The translations under genes and the position numbers were made by a program. Below, piece by piece: positions 14,247-27,828 of a stretch of 64,000 nucleotides of DNA; position 1 is the stretch's first letter, and every line of letters starts with the position of its first letter. This stretch comes from Nageia nagi (taxonomy: Eukaryota; Plantae; Pinophyta): assembly GCA_050084985.1 (NCBI GenBank), contig JBITNC010000001.1, forward strand, positions 43,834,001 through 43,898,000. Reading direction: 5' to 3'. A model generated the notes under the pieces. It did not search any database. It saw nothing but the letters and a program-made list of their open reading frames with translations, and had not been told where the DNA came from.

Positions 14247-14640
14247 TGTTAACACCTAAAAAGGAATTTTGATTTAATTAGAATACACCTTTTAGGTATT
14301 TGTAATGATTTATTTATTTAAGTAATTTAATTATCTTTTTATTATGCACACTCAACTACCTTTATATTTTATGATAACATGTCAGCTTGATGATAAGTTG
14401 AAGAACGAGTCTTGGCCCATATTCACCATATGTCCAAGGACAAGCCTTGGCACTAGACCTAATATCTATAAAGGTGGAAGGGTTGTGACTAAGAAATCAT
14501 GACAAGATCCAAAATCCTTGATAAGTGGTAACATACTTTATCCTATTGAGTAGTATCTCTTTACGTCACTTATTATATCTAGATTTTGTTATTTTGAGTT
14601 CTACAATCTTAATTCTATGATCTAATATTAACTAGTACAC
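14247..14640 (+). mobile_element. Probable LTR preceded by a PPT-like tract
   Basis: AAAGTGAGGAA is followed by TGTTAACACCTAAAA at 14247. TATA-like ctataaag near 14466. The end point is uncertain. Confidence 0.4.
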
Positions 14641-14679
14641 CTATTTTAAATATATATTAAATGAAAGTTGTAGGTTTAA

Positions 14680-17600
14680 TATGAAGAAAATGTAGGCTTT
14701 TAAGGAAAGAGAGATGGACCCAAATGAGAAGAGAGTGGAGAGCATGGAGGGGTAAGGTGGTTCTAGTGTTACTATGAGAAATAGAGGCATGGATGGTTCA
14801 GTTCCTAAGGTTTAAGTGAGTACAGATTCTATAGGTAAGTGTAGACCCTAAATAATGCAATCATATAATTAATTAGGGGATTTAATACATGCACTATTTC
14901 ATCTATTTGTTTGTTGACATAAAGTAGGAATATGACAATAGATGATTGAGCATATAGTTTCATTTTGTTAACCTGCATATTCAATTGATTAAGGAAAGTC
15001 ACACATCAAGAATGAGTAATATCACATACATAAGCATAGCACCAATGCCCCACTAATAGTACATCATCAGTTTCATGTTAAGTATAAAACTAAAGATACA
15101 ACAAAAGCTAAAATGATAAGAAAATAAATAATTTATCAATATAACAAAAGTGTGATAATGCTTAAGATAAGAGATTCACTTATTATATATAAGAAGACCT
15201 TGTAAAGGTTTGCTTTGCAAATGATGCTTGAGTCCTTGATTCTCTATCCAATATTTAATTGATAGAAGCATTGGGTGCTTTGTAATCTACCTCTTGTCTA
15301 GTCTCCTCCTGATGATAATCCCATCATCCATCTTTGTATGTCTTGAATGCTTTTACATAGGGATGCTTCTATTATAGGATTTGACCACTTGTACATGCCA
15401 TAAGGGTCAAATACATGGCCTAAACCTTTCTTATACATTTTTAATCCATTTTTAAATGATACATTATTTAGGGATAAAATTATTTATTAAATACATAAAA
15501 GTTAATTTTGAGGCATTTGCAATAAGATTTTGATGGACCCAATCTTGGATGTGAGGGTTGATCCTAAACCTATGGATACGATTGATCATTTGGAACTAAA
15601 TACAAAAAAGAAGAAAAAATTTTCTATGCCAACTAGCAAGAGAAAAAAATGTTTCTCCTTTATATATGTGCTTTAATCTTTAAGATATGAAGGGGAAGGT
15701 TAAAATTCCTTTCAAAATTATGAATACAACAATGGAGGAAGGTGCTTTGAATCTTGTTCAGAAGTTCTTAGGACCAATTTTAGAGATAGAATCTTTGAGA
15801 GAATGGTCCTTTAAAAATTGAAAAGTGAGCAGGTGGTTTTACATAGTCACTCTTTTGTATGGTGTACCATGGATGTTTAGCTAGAGAGCTTTATTTTTGA
15901 AGAAATGGGTTTCTAATTTTGATCCAAATACCCAAATCACTACTTTAGTTTCTATTTAGGTTATACTCCTAGGTATTCCATTTCAATAATAGCATGATGA
16001 AGTCCTAGTAGGGATCAAAAATTGGATATGGGACCTCATTACCATTGGTAAGGCTACCAAGGATAAATATTGCATGATATTTGCAAGATTATGTGTTAGT
16101 ATTTTTCCACCGTGACCTCCCAAATTCCATTGACTTAAATCTCTAAGTTCAAGGAATGGTCTTAAATGATTGAATATGTAAATCCTCCTCATACATGTGA
16201 GGTATAAAAGAAGTAAGGCCATGCTTCCTCATGGTATCCTTCAAAACTGCATGAAAAATAAAAAAAAATAATAACAAGGTGGGAAAGGTCCAATCTAAAG
16301 AATAAAAAAAGTTGAAGCTTCAGGTTTGGTTCACAAGAGGGATACTATTGTGGTGTTCATGCATAATACTTTTTTAAATTTGGAGGATCAACCTCAATCT
16401 AAGGAATATTTGATTAGGGAAAAAATGTTGTTTGAGAAAGCCTTGGACCATATAGGTTAAGGACTAGTTAGTGAAGAGGCTTTGTTGGCTATGTTAGATG
16501 CTAAATAAGAGGCTAAAAAATTTTTGAAGTAGAATAAAGGTGACCAAGAAGATTATTCCTTAGATGAGGAGGTTTTGGTGATTGAGGATGAATATCAAGG
16601 AGAGTAAGAAATTATTTCTCAAACCCAAGTGGTTGTTGAGCCTCGAGCTAGTTTAATTAATGAAGTCCTAGATAGAGTTTTGGAAACTCAATTCTAGGAA
16701 CCCTTAAATATTCATCCAAAGAAGAGCCAAGATGATCCAAATCCCACTTTTGTACCTACCCCAAGAGGTACATTTTGGAGAGATGATGAGGATTCAAAAT
16801 CCCAAGAGGAAACCACTATTTCAACCCCTTTCCAAAAGGGAAAGAAGAAAAAATGAAGCTTCAATGTTTGTTTGGAAAGGATCACCCTAGTAGACCTTCT
16901 AAAGGAGTGGTGGGATAGTGAGAAATGAAAATGGATTTTGATAAAGGATCTCAAGATACCCTCTTTGCAAGAGGATAGAAGAGGGGAAAAGCATTAAAAC
17001 AATGAAAATCCTTTCTTGGAATATCAAGGGAATCTGTACCCCTAAAACACACATAAGTTTGTTAGATTTAAAAAAGATATGAAACTGGAGTTGATCCTTC
17101 TTCAAGAAATAAAAATTATTAAAGGGAAGAAAATTGCTATTAAAAATATTCTATAGAGGAATGCAAATTTTACTACTTTTCATGTAGTTGGCATGTTTTG
17201 AAGTATTTTATGCTTATGGGTTAGAAATAAATTAGAAGACAAAGTGATAGTTTTTAGTCCAAACTTTTGTTCAATTCTTTTTACTTATTTGAATACCAAG
17301 AAGACCTTCATAGTTACAAATGTGTATGCTGATGTATGAATTATGTGGAAAGAAAAATCTTATGGTATTCTTTAAATAAGTTGAGGGAATATTTTAGAGG
17401 CTTGAGTTGGATTGTGGTAGGGAATTTCAACTCTTCCTTGTACCCTTCTTATAAGAAAGGGGGTGTTGATAGTTTCACTGATAGCATGATTAGTTTATTT
17501 GATTTCTCAATATTAATAATAAAATGGACCTAGAGATTAATAGAATCAAGTATATTTTGACCAATGGTAGGTGTGGGTCTTCTCACATTGAGGAAAAAAT

Positions 17601-20600
17601 TGATAGAGTGCTCATCTCTCAAGAATGCATTACTAATTTTGGTGACTCTACTCTCATAGGCAATTCAAATACTAGTTTGGACCACAACCCCTTGCTATGG
17701 GAAACTTAGGAGAAAAGGTGATAGTTTAATGGCCCATTTCTATTTGAGTAAATATGGCTTAATCATGAGAATTTGGAGGATAACATTAAAGTGTGGTGGC
17801 AAAAAATCATTTCGGGCTCACCCTTGACCCAAATGGCCAAGAAATTAAAATTCATTAAGAAAATTCTTAAGGTATAGAATAGAGAAACCTTTGGTTTGGT
17901 CCCTAGATAAGAAAGGTTAATCTTCAAGAGAAATTGAGAATTTTGAAAGAAATTCAACTTCAAGGATGCTCAGAAAAAATTCATTGTAATAAGAGGGAGA
18001 CCTTAGGCCAATGGCATAACACCCTCAAACAAGAGGAGATAATGTGGAAGCAATATTTTAGGATCACTTGGATTAAGGAGTGGGATAGGAATACAAATTT
18101 TTTTCATGTCACCACTTTAAAACATTGAAGCTACAACTATATTAAGGAAGTCCAATGTGTGGATGGCTCTTCTACAAAGGACCTAAACAAAATTAGAGAG
18201 TAAGGAGTCTCTTTATTCTTTGATCTCTTGGAACAAAATTTGACTTCCCAAAAGGGAGTGATCATCAAAATTCTCCATAATATTATAGGATTGATGATTG
18301 AAATATTCAATAACTTTCTAAGTGGCAAGTTTGAAGAGAAAGAGATTCAAGTGACGGTGTTTGAAATGGGAGGTTCCAAATCTCCAAGTTTAGATAGATT
18401 TCTTGGATATTTTTTTTAAATATTTTTGGGAGATTATGTGTAAGGATATTGTGTAGGCCATCCAAGAATTCCAAGTCTCAAAAAATATGCTAAAAGATGT
18501 AAATTCCACCTTTATTGCTCTTATTCCTAAGGAGACTAGTGCTAATTCCTTTGGTAAGTTTTGGCCTATTAGTTTGTGTAACTTTCTTTACAAAATTATT
18601 TTGAAAGTCATGGAAAATAAGCTAAAAACCATTCTTCCACTTATCATAAGTCCTAATCAAGGGGTTTTGTACATGGGAGACAAATTTCAAATGGCATCAT
18701 TACATTTCATGAGGTTACTCATCTAGACTTTAAATCTAGAAGGGATGGAATGCTACTCAAACTTGATGTTAGTAAGGCTTATGATAGAGTAGATTTATAT
18801 TTATTTTTGCTAGTTTTGCATAAATTTGGGTTTCAAGAAGACTATATTACTTTTATTCAGGAATGTGTTTCAACTACTACCTTTTTTATGCTCATTAATA
18901 GTGAATTCACTAGCTACTTCCCTAGGAAAGGAGGCTTTCACCAGGATGATATGTTATCTCTTTTCCTCTTCATAATTTTGGTTGAAGCAATTGGGAGGAG
19001 TATTTTGGCTACTACTCAGTAGGGAAGAATTGAAGGTATAAAACCTATGGAAGATCTCTAACTAGTACCTTATCAACAATTTATGGATGATACCCTGATT
19101 TCAACTAGATCTTCTATTCCCCAAGATCATTTAATTAAGAAAATTTTAGAATTGTATGAAGGGTCCAAATATTAAAAGATTAATTTTTGAAATAGTAAAT
19201 TATTCTTTCTAAATACAAGGAGGATGGTCCAATAGATAGTAGCAAATACCTTTCATTCTACTATAGGAGAATTGGCAACCTTCTATCTTGGAATGCCCCT
19301 TTTTAAAGGTGATATGAAGGAGGTTTCATGGGATCCAGTTAGTGAACATTTATCTAAGAAATTGGTTGGTTGGAAGGGTGATCTCCTGAGATAAATAGGA
19401 AAACTTTAGTTGATCAAGTCAATTTTACAAAGTTTGTTAGTTTACTATATGTCTATCTTGAAGATGCTAATTAAGGTGTAAGAAAAGTTGATCCATATTC
19501 AAAGAGACTTCCTTTAGATCAAAAATTATTAAAAAGAAATGATGTCTTTGGTGTCTTATAATAATATCTAATTACCCTTCAAACAAGGTGGTCTAGGTAT
19601 TAAAAACATTAAGAAGATGAATCTCACTTTTATGGGGAAGGTATGATGGAAGGTGGCTACTAATGTAGACTTCCCTTGGGTCAATATTGTTAAAGCTAAA
19701 TACCTCCCTAATTACTCATGTTTAGAAATAAACCCAATGGTATGCTCTACCTTTTGTAATGGTCTACAGTGCACAAAGGTATTCCTAAAAAATCATAAGT
19801 GTTGGATCATCGATGATGGAAGAAAAGTTCACTTTTGGAAGGATATTTGGTTATTTAAGATCAGACTATAGGAGAATGACAAATTAGCCATTTTGATGAG
19901 AAATCTTATTCATAAATATGGAATTAGGGTTTCTAATTATATTTCCCATGAGAAGTGGAAGTCCTGTAAGTTGTTGACTTTCAATTAACCCACAAACCAT
20001 CAGAAGTAAGCTTCAGCTACTTTGAATAAGATGTTAAAATTTTATGCCCTCCCTCTAGGGAAGGAGTACTCTTTCATTTGGGAAGGGGAGAAACAAGGTT
20101 TATTTTTGATCAAGTTAGCTTACAAGATCCTAGATTCAACCTTATCTCTTTGGAATCTAGCATGTAAGGTTTGGGTTGAGAATCTCATCCCCATAATTGG
20201 ATTTTTTATTTTGGTGGCAAGCTAAAATAAAATTCTTATTTTGGAAAACCTAAGAGGAGAGGCTTTAGTATCGATAAAAAATGTATTTTATTTCTAAATA
20301 AAGAGGAAACAATGAACCATTTGTTGATTCATTATGATTAAATTGAGAAAGTCTTTCACTTTGTTCTATAATGGTTCTAAATGAACTGGGTGGTTCCAAA
20401 GATGGTTAAGAATTTGATACATTAATGGGAGAATATCTTATTCAATACTAAACTAAGAATATTATGGGATCTTAATCTTCCTCATATTTGGTGAGGAGTA
20501 TAAAAAAAGGAATCATTGAGTGTTTCAAGATGTTCGTATCTCAACTTATCACACTACTCTAAGCATTACACATTTCATAAAGAAAAACTTATCCATTTTC

Positions 20601-21200
20601 AAGCCCAAGATGGTATGGAAATCTCCTATGGAGGCTCCAATCCTCCTCAATTGGGGGCTAGAAAGGAGGAATGAGTTTATTGTTCAACATCTAAGAAAGA
20701 AAGCCTACTAGATTCATCCTCTTGTGGGTTGGTTATCTGTTAACTTCAATGGGTCTTCGAAAGGTAAGCTAAGCCCTGCTAGTGCAATAGGAGTGGTGAG
20801 AGATCATGTTGGTGGAATTAAATTATGTATAAACCTTTGGGTTATCAAATGAGCCATTTTTTTGAATCTTGTGTAGCCTTCATTGGTTTAACTATGCTAA
20901 GTAGGTTGAGTTGCAATAATCTGATTATCACTAGGGATTCTCTTAATGTGGTTAACATGCTCCAAGGAAATACTCCTCCAAGTTGGGATAATAATTCCAT
21001 GATTTAAGAGGCTAGAGGAATAATTACTAGTATTGATAATGTTATTATCTAGCATAATTATAGAGAGCCCAATAAAATTTACAGATTAAATTACATATAA
21101 GGTCATGGGTATGGCAGATTTCATGGTCTTGGAAAGTAATTTCCCCAAAAAATTCTTGGTTTTAGCAAGAGAGGATATGTGTTATGGTTATGGAAGGGTA
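14680..21200 (+). mobile_element. Degenerate L1 LINE: ORF1, then ORF2 (endonuclease, RT, zf-RVT, RNase H)
   Basis: ORF2 starts MKILSWNIKG at 17002. RT motifs PISLCNFLYKII, KLDVSKAYDRV and QFMDDTL (~19075). C-terminal RNase H (VNFNGSSKG..GVVRDH) near 20740. The element probably extends to ~25560 (see findings). Confidence 0.9.
14840..15521. mobile_element. Solo LTR inserted in L1 ORF1
   Basis: TGTAGA...TTTGCA termini. Flanks GTAAG (14835-14839) and ATAAG (15522-15526) match at 4 of 5 bases. L1 ORF1-like sequence resumes after it. Confidence 0.7.
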
Positions 21201-21413
21201 TAAGTTTAAAAGTAACTATTTGAATTCAAATTGGATTGAAACATTGGATTCTAATTTTAACGATGGGAAAATTTGGATGGTAAAATGTTTTGAAAACTCT
21301 TTGCTTACTCATAAGCAAACATGATTTTTTGGAATGATTAGATGGAATATTTTTTAGTGTGTATGAATCAGCACTATTTGATATAGAGTTGGATTTGTAT
21401 GGTTCTTGGCTTT

Positions 21414-22671
21414 GGGTAAGTTCAATAAGATGAGTCCCACTTGACCAAAAAGTGGAAGTATTTTTCCTAATTTTTAGGTTTGATCATACTTGATCTCAAA
21501 ATTTGAAGCACTTAGAGTATGAGTCTTGCAAAGATCACCTGCATAAAAGTGTAGTTCTTCAATTATAGTTTTCAAATATGTAATTTATTCAAATACCCAA
21601 ATGATAGAAATTAATATTTGATGGGCATGTTTAAAAGTCACTATTTAAAAAATATAGTTTCAAGACCATACCCCATTGTGTCTCGCAAGCATAATTGGAC
21701 CTAAATTAAAATTATTTTTTAAATATGTTTGAGTTAAGATACCTAACATATTAAATATTATGAAGGATATTTTTGTGATTTTTTCATGAATATTTTATTT
21801 TTTATTAGCCTTGATTATCATTTCGAAAAGTGCTCATATCCGACAAGCATAATTTGACCTAAACTTATCATTTTTAATTTGTTTATCAATTTAACTTGTG
21901 AATAATTGTATGCAAATTATGCACATATATTTATTTTTTACAATTCTAAAAAAATAAAAAATTATTAAACAAATACAAAATTTATTATTTAAAAAGTACA
22001 ATTTTAGGACCATACCCCATCATGTTCAGCAAGCATAATTGAATCTAAATTAAAATATTTTTAAATCCTTTTGGGTAAAGATACCTAGGATACTAAATAT
22101 TATGGAGGATATTGTTTTGTAATTTTTGCAAGAATATTTTATTTTTTTATTAATATTTTATTATCATTGATTATCATTTCGAAAAGTGCTCATGTTCAAC
22201 AAGCATAATTTGACCTAAACTTATCATTTTTAATTTGTTTTTTTAACTTGTGAAGAATTGTATGCAGATTATGTATATATATTTATTTTTCATAATTCTA
22301 AAAAAATAAAAAATTATTAAACAAATACAAAATCTATTTTTAAAAAAATATAATTTCAAGACCATATCCCTAAGACACTAAATACTATGGAGAATATTTT
22401 TGTAATTTCTTCATGAATATTTTATTTTCTATTAATTTTTTATTGGCCCTAACTATCATTTCAAAAGTTGCTCTTTTTTGACAAACATAATTTAACCTAA
22501 ACTTATCATTTTTAATTTATTTTTGTAACTTATGAATAATTGTATGTAGATTGTGCACATATATATATTTATAATAATTCTAAAAGAGTAAAAATTTATT
22601 AAACAAATATAAAAACCTTGTAATTTCTAATACTTCATCCAATGTGGGACTCATCTTCTTGCACTTAACCC
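21414..22671. mobile_element. Non-autonomous TIR element (MULE/MITE-like) with an internal ~345-bp triplication
   Basis: Left end GGGTAAGTTCAATAAGATGAGTCCCAC; the right end reverse-complements to GGGTTAAGTGCAAGAAGATGAGTCCCAC. Internal units begin ~21662, 22007 and 22358. Confidence 0.8.
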
Positions 22672-23201
22672 TTTTTCTATACTGGAACTTTGGATATCAA
22701 GATGTTGGACTCATATGAGATGTCAACTAGAGGAGGATCTTTCAATGTGGCACCTTGGCAGGTACTCACTCAAAGTCAAGATGGGGGTCAATAGATAAAG
22801 GCATGGGAAGCTTCATATCATAGATAATAAGGGGTTAGATGAGATGGATTTTCCCTTTTCACTTGATGTTATCCGATACTAGCACTAATATCACTAGATA
22901 TAGTTGCATCAGAATCATCTTCAGATTGAATTTATGGATGATGATGGTTGATCATAGTATAGGTGATAACCATCAAAAGGTTGAGGGGAAGGTTTGCTCT
23001 CTATAGAGTTTGGACATTGTAGTAGGTTAGCCAACCAAAAAGTCTTTTCAATCATAGATGTTAGGCACTCTGCAATACTAGGTCAAGGTGGTTAGCATTT
23101 ATATTTTCACTTGGGTACTCAAGAAGGTTCTTCATAAAATCACTTGGTTTCTTGAGAAGAACTATTTGGTGCTTATTAATTTTTGGCTCTATTTTCCTAT
23201 A

Positions 23202-25350
23202 ATGGTGCCTAAGAGAAAATAAGATGCAAATGGTTATGAGTTCATATTGGAACCAAGGAGGCTTAAGGTTACCCCTACAATTGAAAAGATTCTAGAATTA
23301 GGAGGTTTACTTAATTTTCTTAAAAATATTAATGGCCACGATGAAGACATCACTAGCCAATTCTTAGAGAGTTGGCAAAGGGGTTCAATGAAGGTGTATG
23401 GCATAACTATTCAAGTGAATCAAAAATTGCTTTTAAAACCAATGGGGCTAATAATTTTGGGGGAGATTATCTATTGAGATAACCACAACCTAAAGATCAA
23501 GTTGATTAAGTTAGGTAGAGGAGGCTTAAAGATCCTACGAGAGAAGCAAGGGATGATGGTACAATCATCTTTACCATAGCCTTGGTCGTAGGTTTCTCTC
23601 ACTATTATGAAATTCTTCATATTTGAGAGCACAAATGTTTGGGTTTGTAATTTTTATTTTAGTTTTCTAAATCACTTAAAAGGAATAAAAATGAATGCAT
23701 TTCTATATATAGAGCTCAATAAGAAAAAAAAAACTTCTAAAAGAGTAAGGGTAGCAATCTAAGCCACCAAGGCATGATTTTAATGATGTTCAAACATATA
23801 ACAATCTAGATGGGTATTTTTAAAGTGTTTAACTATCATATCTTGAAGGAATTTCCCTCCAAGGGGTCATCAATGATCTTATATGACCTTTTGCCATTGA
23901 TCTGAGTGTCAATCTATAGGGCCTTCATCTAGTACACTTGGGTTTCCCCCCCTTAGCCTTTGATTCCCAAGTTATACCATTATGTACAAAACCCTCTTCA
24001 AATCAATAGGGGATTGATCTCCAAGTTACATCATCCTGCACCTTCCTTTTGGATTGAGTATGACCCTTGGTTAGTTTAGAGTCTACTCACACCACTTATG
24101 TTTGGAGATAGATCATCACTTATCTAAGGACTTGAGACTTTATCACCTCTATTAGTGGGAGATTGAGTCTAAGGAGCATTTTATTTTTAGAAGCTCGATC
24201 TACTATGAGATAAAAGGTTGTTATCATTACCTTTTTTGGGACACATATAGTTCACTAACCACCTTCATACAATATCTAGATCAGTGTTACCTTGCACTAT
24301 ACTACTATGAGATCAAAGGTCATTATCATTACCTTTTTTTCGACACACATAGTTCACAAGCAACCTTTATATAGTATCCAGATTAGCATTAACTTGCCTT
24401 ATACTTTTGAAAGACCTTGCTTCTTTGGAAGTGCCTGTTAGCATGTGCACAACAGTCCAAGAAGGAGCGATAGATCACATTCTTTTTTAGAACCTCTTCC
24501 TTAGAGGAGATTCATCAAAGGTACTAAGAGAAGCAACCACTCCCTCTTCATCAAAATAGGAGACACATTCAGGTTACCCAGGTCATACTAAGGGAATGAT
24601 ATATTACTTCCTTCTTAGATATCATAGATTTTGTACCACCCATCCCTTAGAGTTCATGGCTTCTCTTATATGGTTGTACTAGCTTTGATTAAGCTATTTA
24701 TTTTGTTTGATTTAGAGGAATCCCAATAGGGGCTTGTTGGCATCTTATTCATGTATTGTTCACTCTAGTCCCATTAATCACTTTTGGTCACCCAAGGAAA
24801 CTAATAGACTTTCTTTATTTCTTACTTTCTATGAGAATTATGGAAGGTAAACCTATTGGAAGTATTGATAAGAAACATCATATTGAGTTTGAGCATAATG
24901 ATTGGAAACAAATGAGGGTTGAGGTGGGTTTGAAGCACTATTAGAACCAATAAGAGAGGAAAGGTGCTAGCTATGCATAAGATTTTGAAATAGAGATCGA
25001 ACCTAATATTATGGAGGTCATTGAAAAGACTTTGGAGCCCTATGAAGCTAAAGAAGAACCTCAAGAGATTAGCCTTTATCAATGGAAAGTAAATTAGAGG
25101 GGGTTCTTGAGATACTATTTATGGAGGAGAAGCACCCTTCATTAGAAGTTCCCTTAGAAATACCAACATAGAAATTAAAGGACATGGAGGATTTTGGGCA
25201 TATTCCATAAGTTTCTACGAAGGCCAAAGGTAGTCCCAATAGGAGCAATAATATACCGAGGGATAATTCAAGAAACATTGATTATAATGAAGGTATTTGA
25301 GAAAATCCTTTGGGAGATGGAAGCCAAAGCTATCAAGAAAGTTTAATGCT
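23202..25350 (+). pseudogene. Degenerate extra ORF downstream of the L1 (retrotransposon accessory-ORF-like), interrupted by an insertion at ~23825-24790
   Basis: Fragments MVPKRK..EP, GGLLNFLKNINGHDEDITSQFLESW, LP*PWS*V..IMKFFIFE, FSFLNHL and HQGMILM, then a Glu/Lys-rich tail at 24830-25350. Confidence 0.55.
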
Positions 25351-25620
25351 TGAGCTTATTCATGTTGTTATGGTTTGGGTTTGGTTTAGTGTATGTTTCA
25401 ATTTTACTATGGGGGTACCTATTTTGTTATGTTGTCTTATGATAGTAGCACTAGTTTACAATTTTTTGTAATGAAGTATTACTAGTATTCTGTTGTAAAT
25501 ATCTTTCTACCTTGTAAGGGTTTTTTTTGTATAGTCCTAATCCAATCTTTCTCTTAAGCTTAAATGCTTATTTTTGAGATAACGTAAATGGTTAATATTC
25601 CACAAAAATTCCATCCTCCA

Positions 25621-25659
<39 letters not shown>

Positions 25660-27690
25660 AATATGGAAAAGTATTAATCTTGAGGTATCTATCTTATCTT
25701 TCATATATATATAGTTAGTTAGTTAGTTAGTAATGTTTATAAATTGAATTGTGAATGTAGCAGTTGAAGTATGGTTATAAATATAAATTGATTTTAATTA
25801 GAATTTAATGAATTGCTCGTTAAACATTATATAAAGATTACTAAATATAAATACAAAAAGTAAAAATTATAAATAAAGATGCAATAAATAACACAAAGAT
25901 ATTATATATATGAAACAACAAGTATATAAAAATTAAATATGAAACAACAAGTATATAAAAAAAATAGTTGTGGATTAAATTCATCCATCCATTTATACAA
26001 ATTTTATAATTGAGGATCAATTTCAATCATTGGATAATTGTTAAACGAATGTATAAGTGATAAATGAGCTCTCTACCTTCACTATCATTTTAAAATGCTT
26101 TTAGATGTAATAAGAACCATATAACTATTTTTTCTAATTTGATAATACATAATAGCATACTAACAACACATTATAAATTACTTGATCTAATTGATAAGAA
26201 AACTTTGTCTATCAAAACTCCTTATTCTATAAAAATTAAAGAGGAACTTTCAATTGCTATTTTATGTAATAATATTATGAATCGAAAAAATATACAAAAT
26301 ACCATAATATTCCTATAAACATTAAATGATGTACAAATACACAACTTGAATCAATAATATAAATACTTTATATATTTCAATATTTATAATTTTTATTATC
26401 ATTTATCTTATATTGCTATAAACTTAGCAAATGAGTATTTATTAATAGTCATTATAAAGATTTTCTAAATACACTTACTTCTTTAAAGGTTTTAAATTTG
26501 ATCTCAAATATTTTTTAAGAGAGTTTCATGGAGGGGTTCTTAAAATAAACCTTGCTCAAACTTTATCACAACTATATTTATTTCAAAATCTTACCATCTT
26601 CTACCTTTAGCTATTCAATATTTTTGATTAGTTCTATTAAATCATATGGTTTTTTTATTTATATGAAACAACCGTTGGAGGCCAATTTCTTAAGATCTTT
26701 CTTGTAATTAGTATATTTGTCTGAGTAGTTTTTTTCAGTCAAAGTCATTCAAGTAGCATGCGACATCATCCATAGTGTTCTACACCAATATGAACAGCCA
26801 TTGATTAAACTTAACATATCCACCTAATGTAAAGGAGAAAAATTTTAAACATATAATATATTACTCAACTTTGCTTTTTTTTAACAAATATGTTAAATAA
26901 AAAAAATTAAATTAAAAATTTTAAAAATATAAATTTATAAATGAAATGCTATTTAACATATTTTTATCTAAAAAAAATATGCTACCAATTTCGAATCAAT
27001 ATACACATAATTTAATGAAGCCATGCGGAGAGATTGAAATTTTGACATAATCACAGCATTTGTGATCGAGTTTAAGCCTTCAATAGACTTCTCCATCTTT
27101 ACATGACACATAGGTCAACAAAAATCAAAGTCACTTTCGTCTCCAACTATTTCTATTTGTTGTCTCTCACATAGTACTTATTCTACTTCAGCCAGCTTCA
27201 CAATATTTTTTAATAGGAGGCCTCTATCAGAATTATCATATACCTATTTTTTGATCGATTATGGCGAAGGTGGTTTCCAACTTAAACTTACAATAGGGGA
27301 ATCTTCGTAGCTCGCCATCAAATCAATTATTGACCTACATCATAAGACGACAGTCTAATATGTCATAACTATTTTTTTATTTGTTTGAATATCGATATTA
27401 TAGAACGATTCCATGTGTAGCGATGAAGTCAGATGTTTAAACAAACATCACGCGTTGATTTGCAATGTCATTCTGAGATTCTGTTTGGAAACCTTATGAA
27501 TCACCCACAAATAAGCAAGTAGCTCTTCAATCCATATCTCCATCGTATCCCATGTTCCTGTATATCAGTCCTTGAAATCCCGGCATACTAGTATCACTCT
27601 TCGCTTTCTACCGCTCCATTAACTGCTAAATCTCTTTGCAGAACTAGTTGTAGGTGAGCTTCTGATTAAGGCATTCAAGAAATAAGCCTA

Positions 27691-27828
27691 ATGGGGGAGT
27701 GCACTCTCGAAGACTGGGTAAGGCAGAAGAAAACGAAGAAAACAGATGAGGAAGGTATTCCATCAGAGGTTTCTACTACATCATCGGATGAAGCCAAAGA
27801 CGCTAAACATCAAGAAGAAACTGATCAG
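27691..27828 (+). CDS. Probable coding exon 1 of the KT/HAK/KUP gene (46 codons, MGECTLEDWVRQKK...EETDQ)
   Basis: ATG at 27691, open frame, CAG|GTATGT donor in phase 0 matching the phase-0 acceptor at 44140. Lies in a CpG-retaining region. Hydrophilic N-terminus is plausible for HAK proteins. Confidence 0.65.

Noticed and set aside
21405-22680. 9-bp TSD for the TIR element
   Set aside because: Flanks CTTGGCTTT and TTTTTCTAT match at only 5 of 9 positions, so the superfamily assignment stays tentative.
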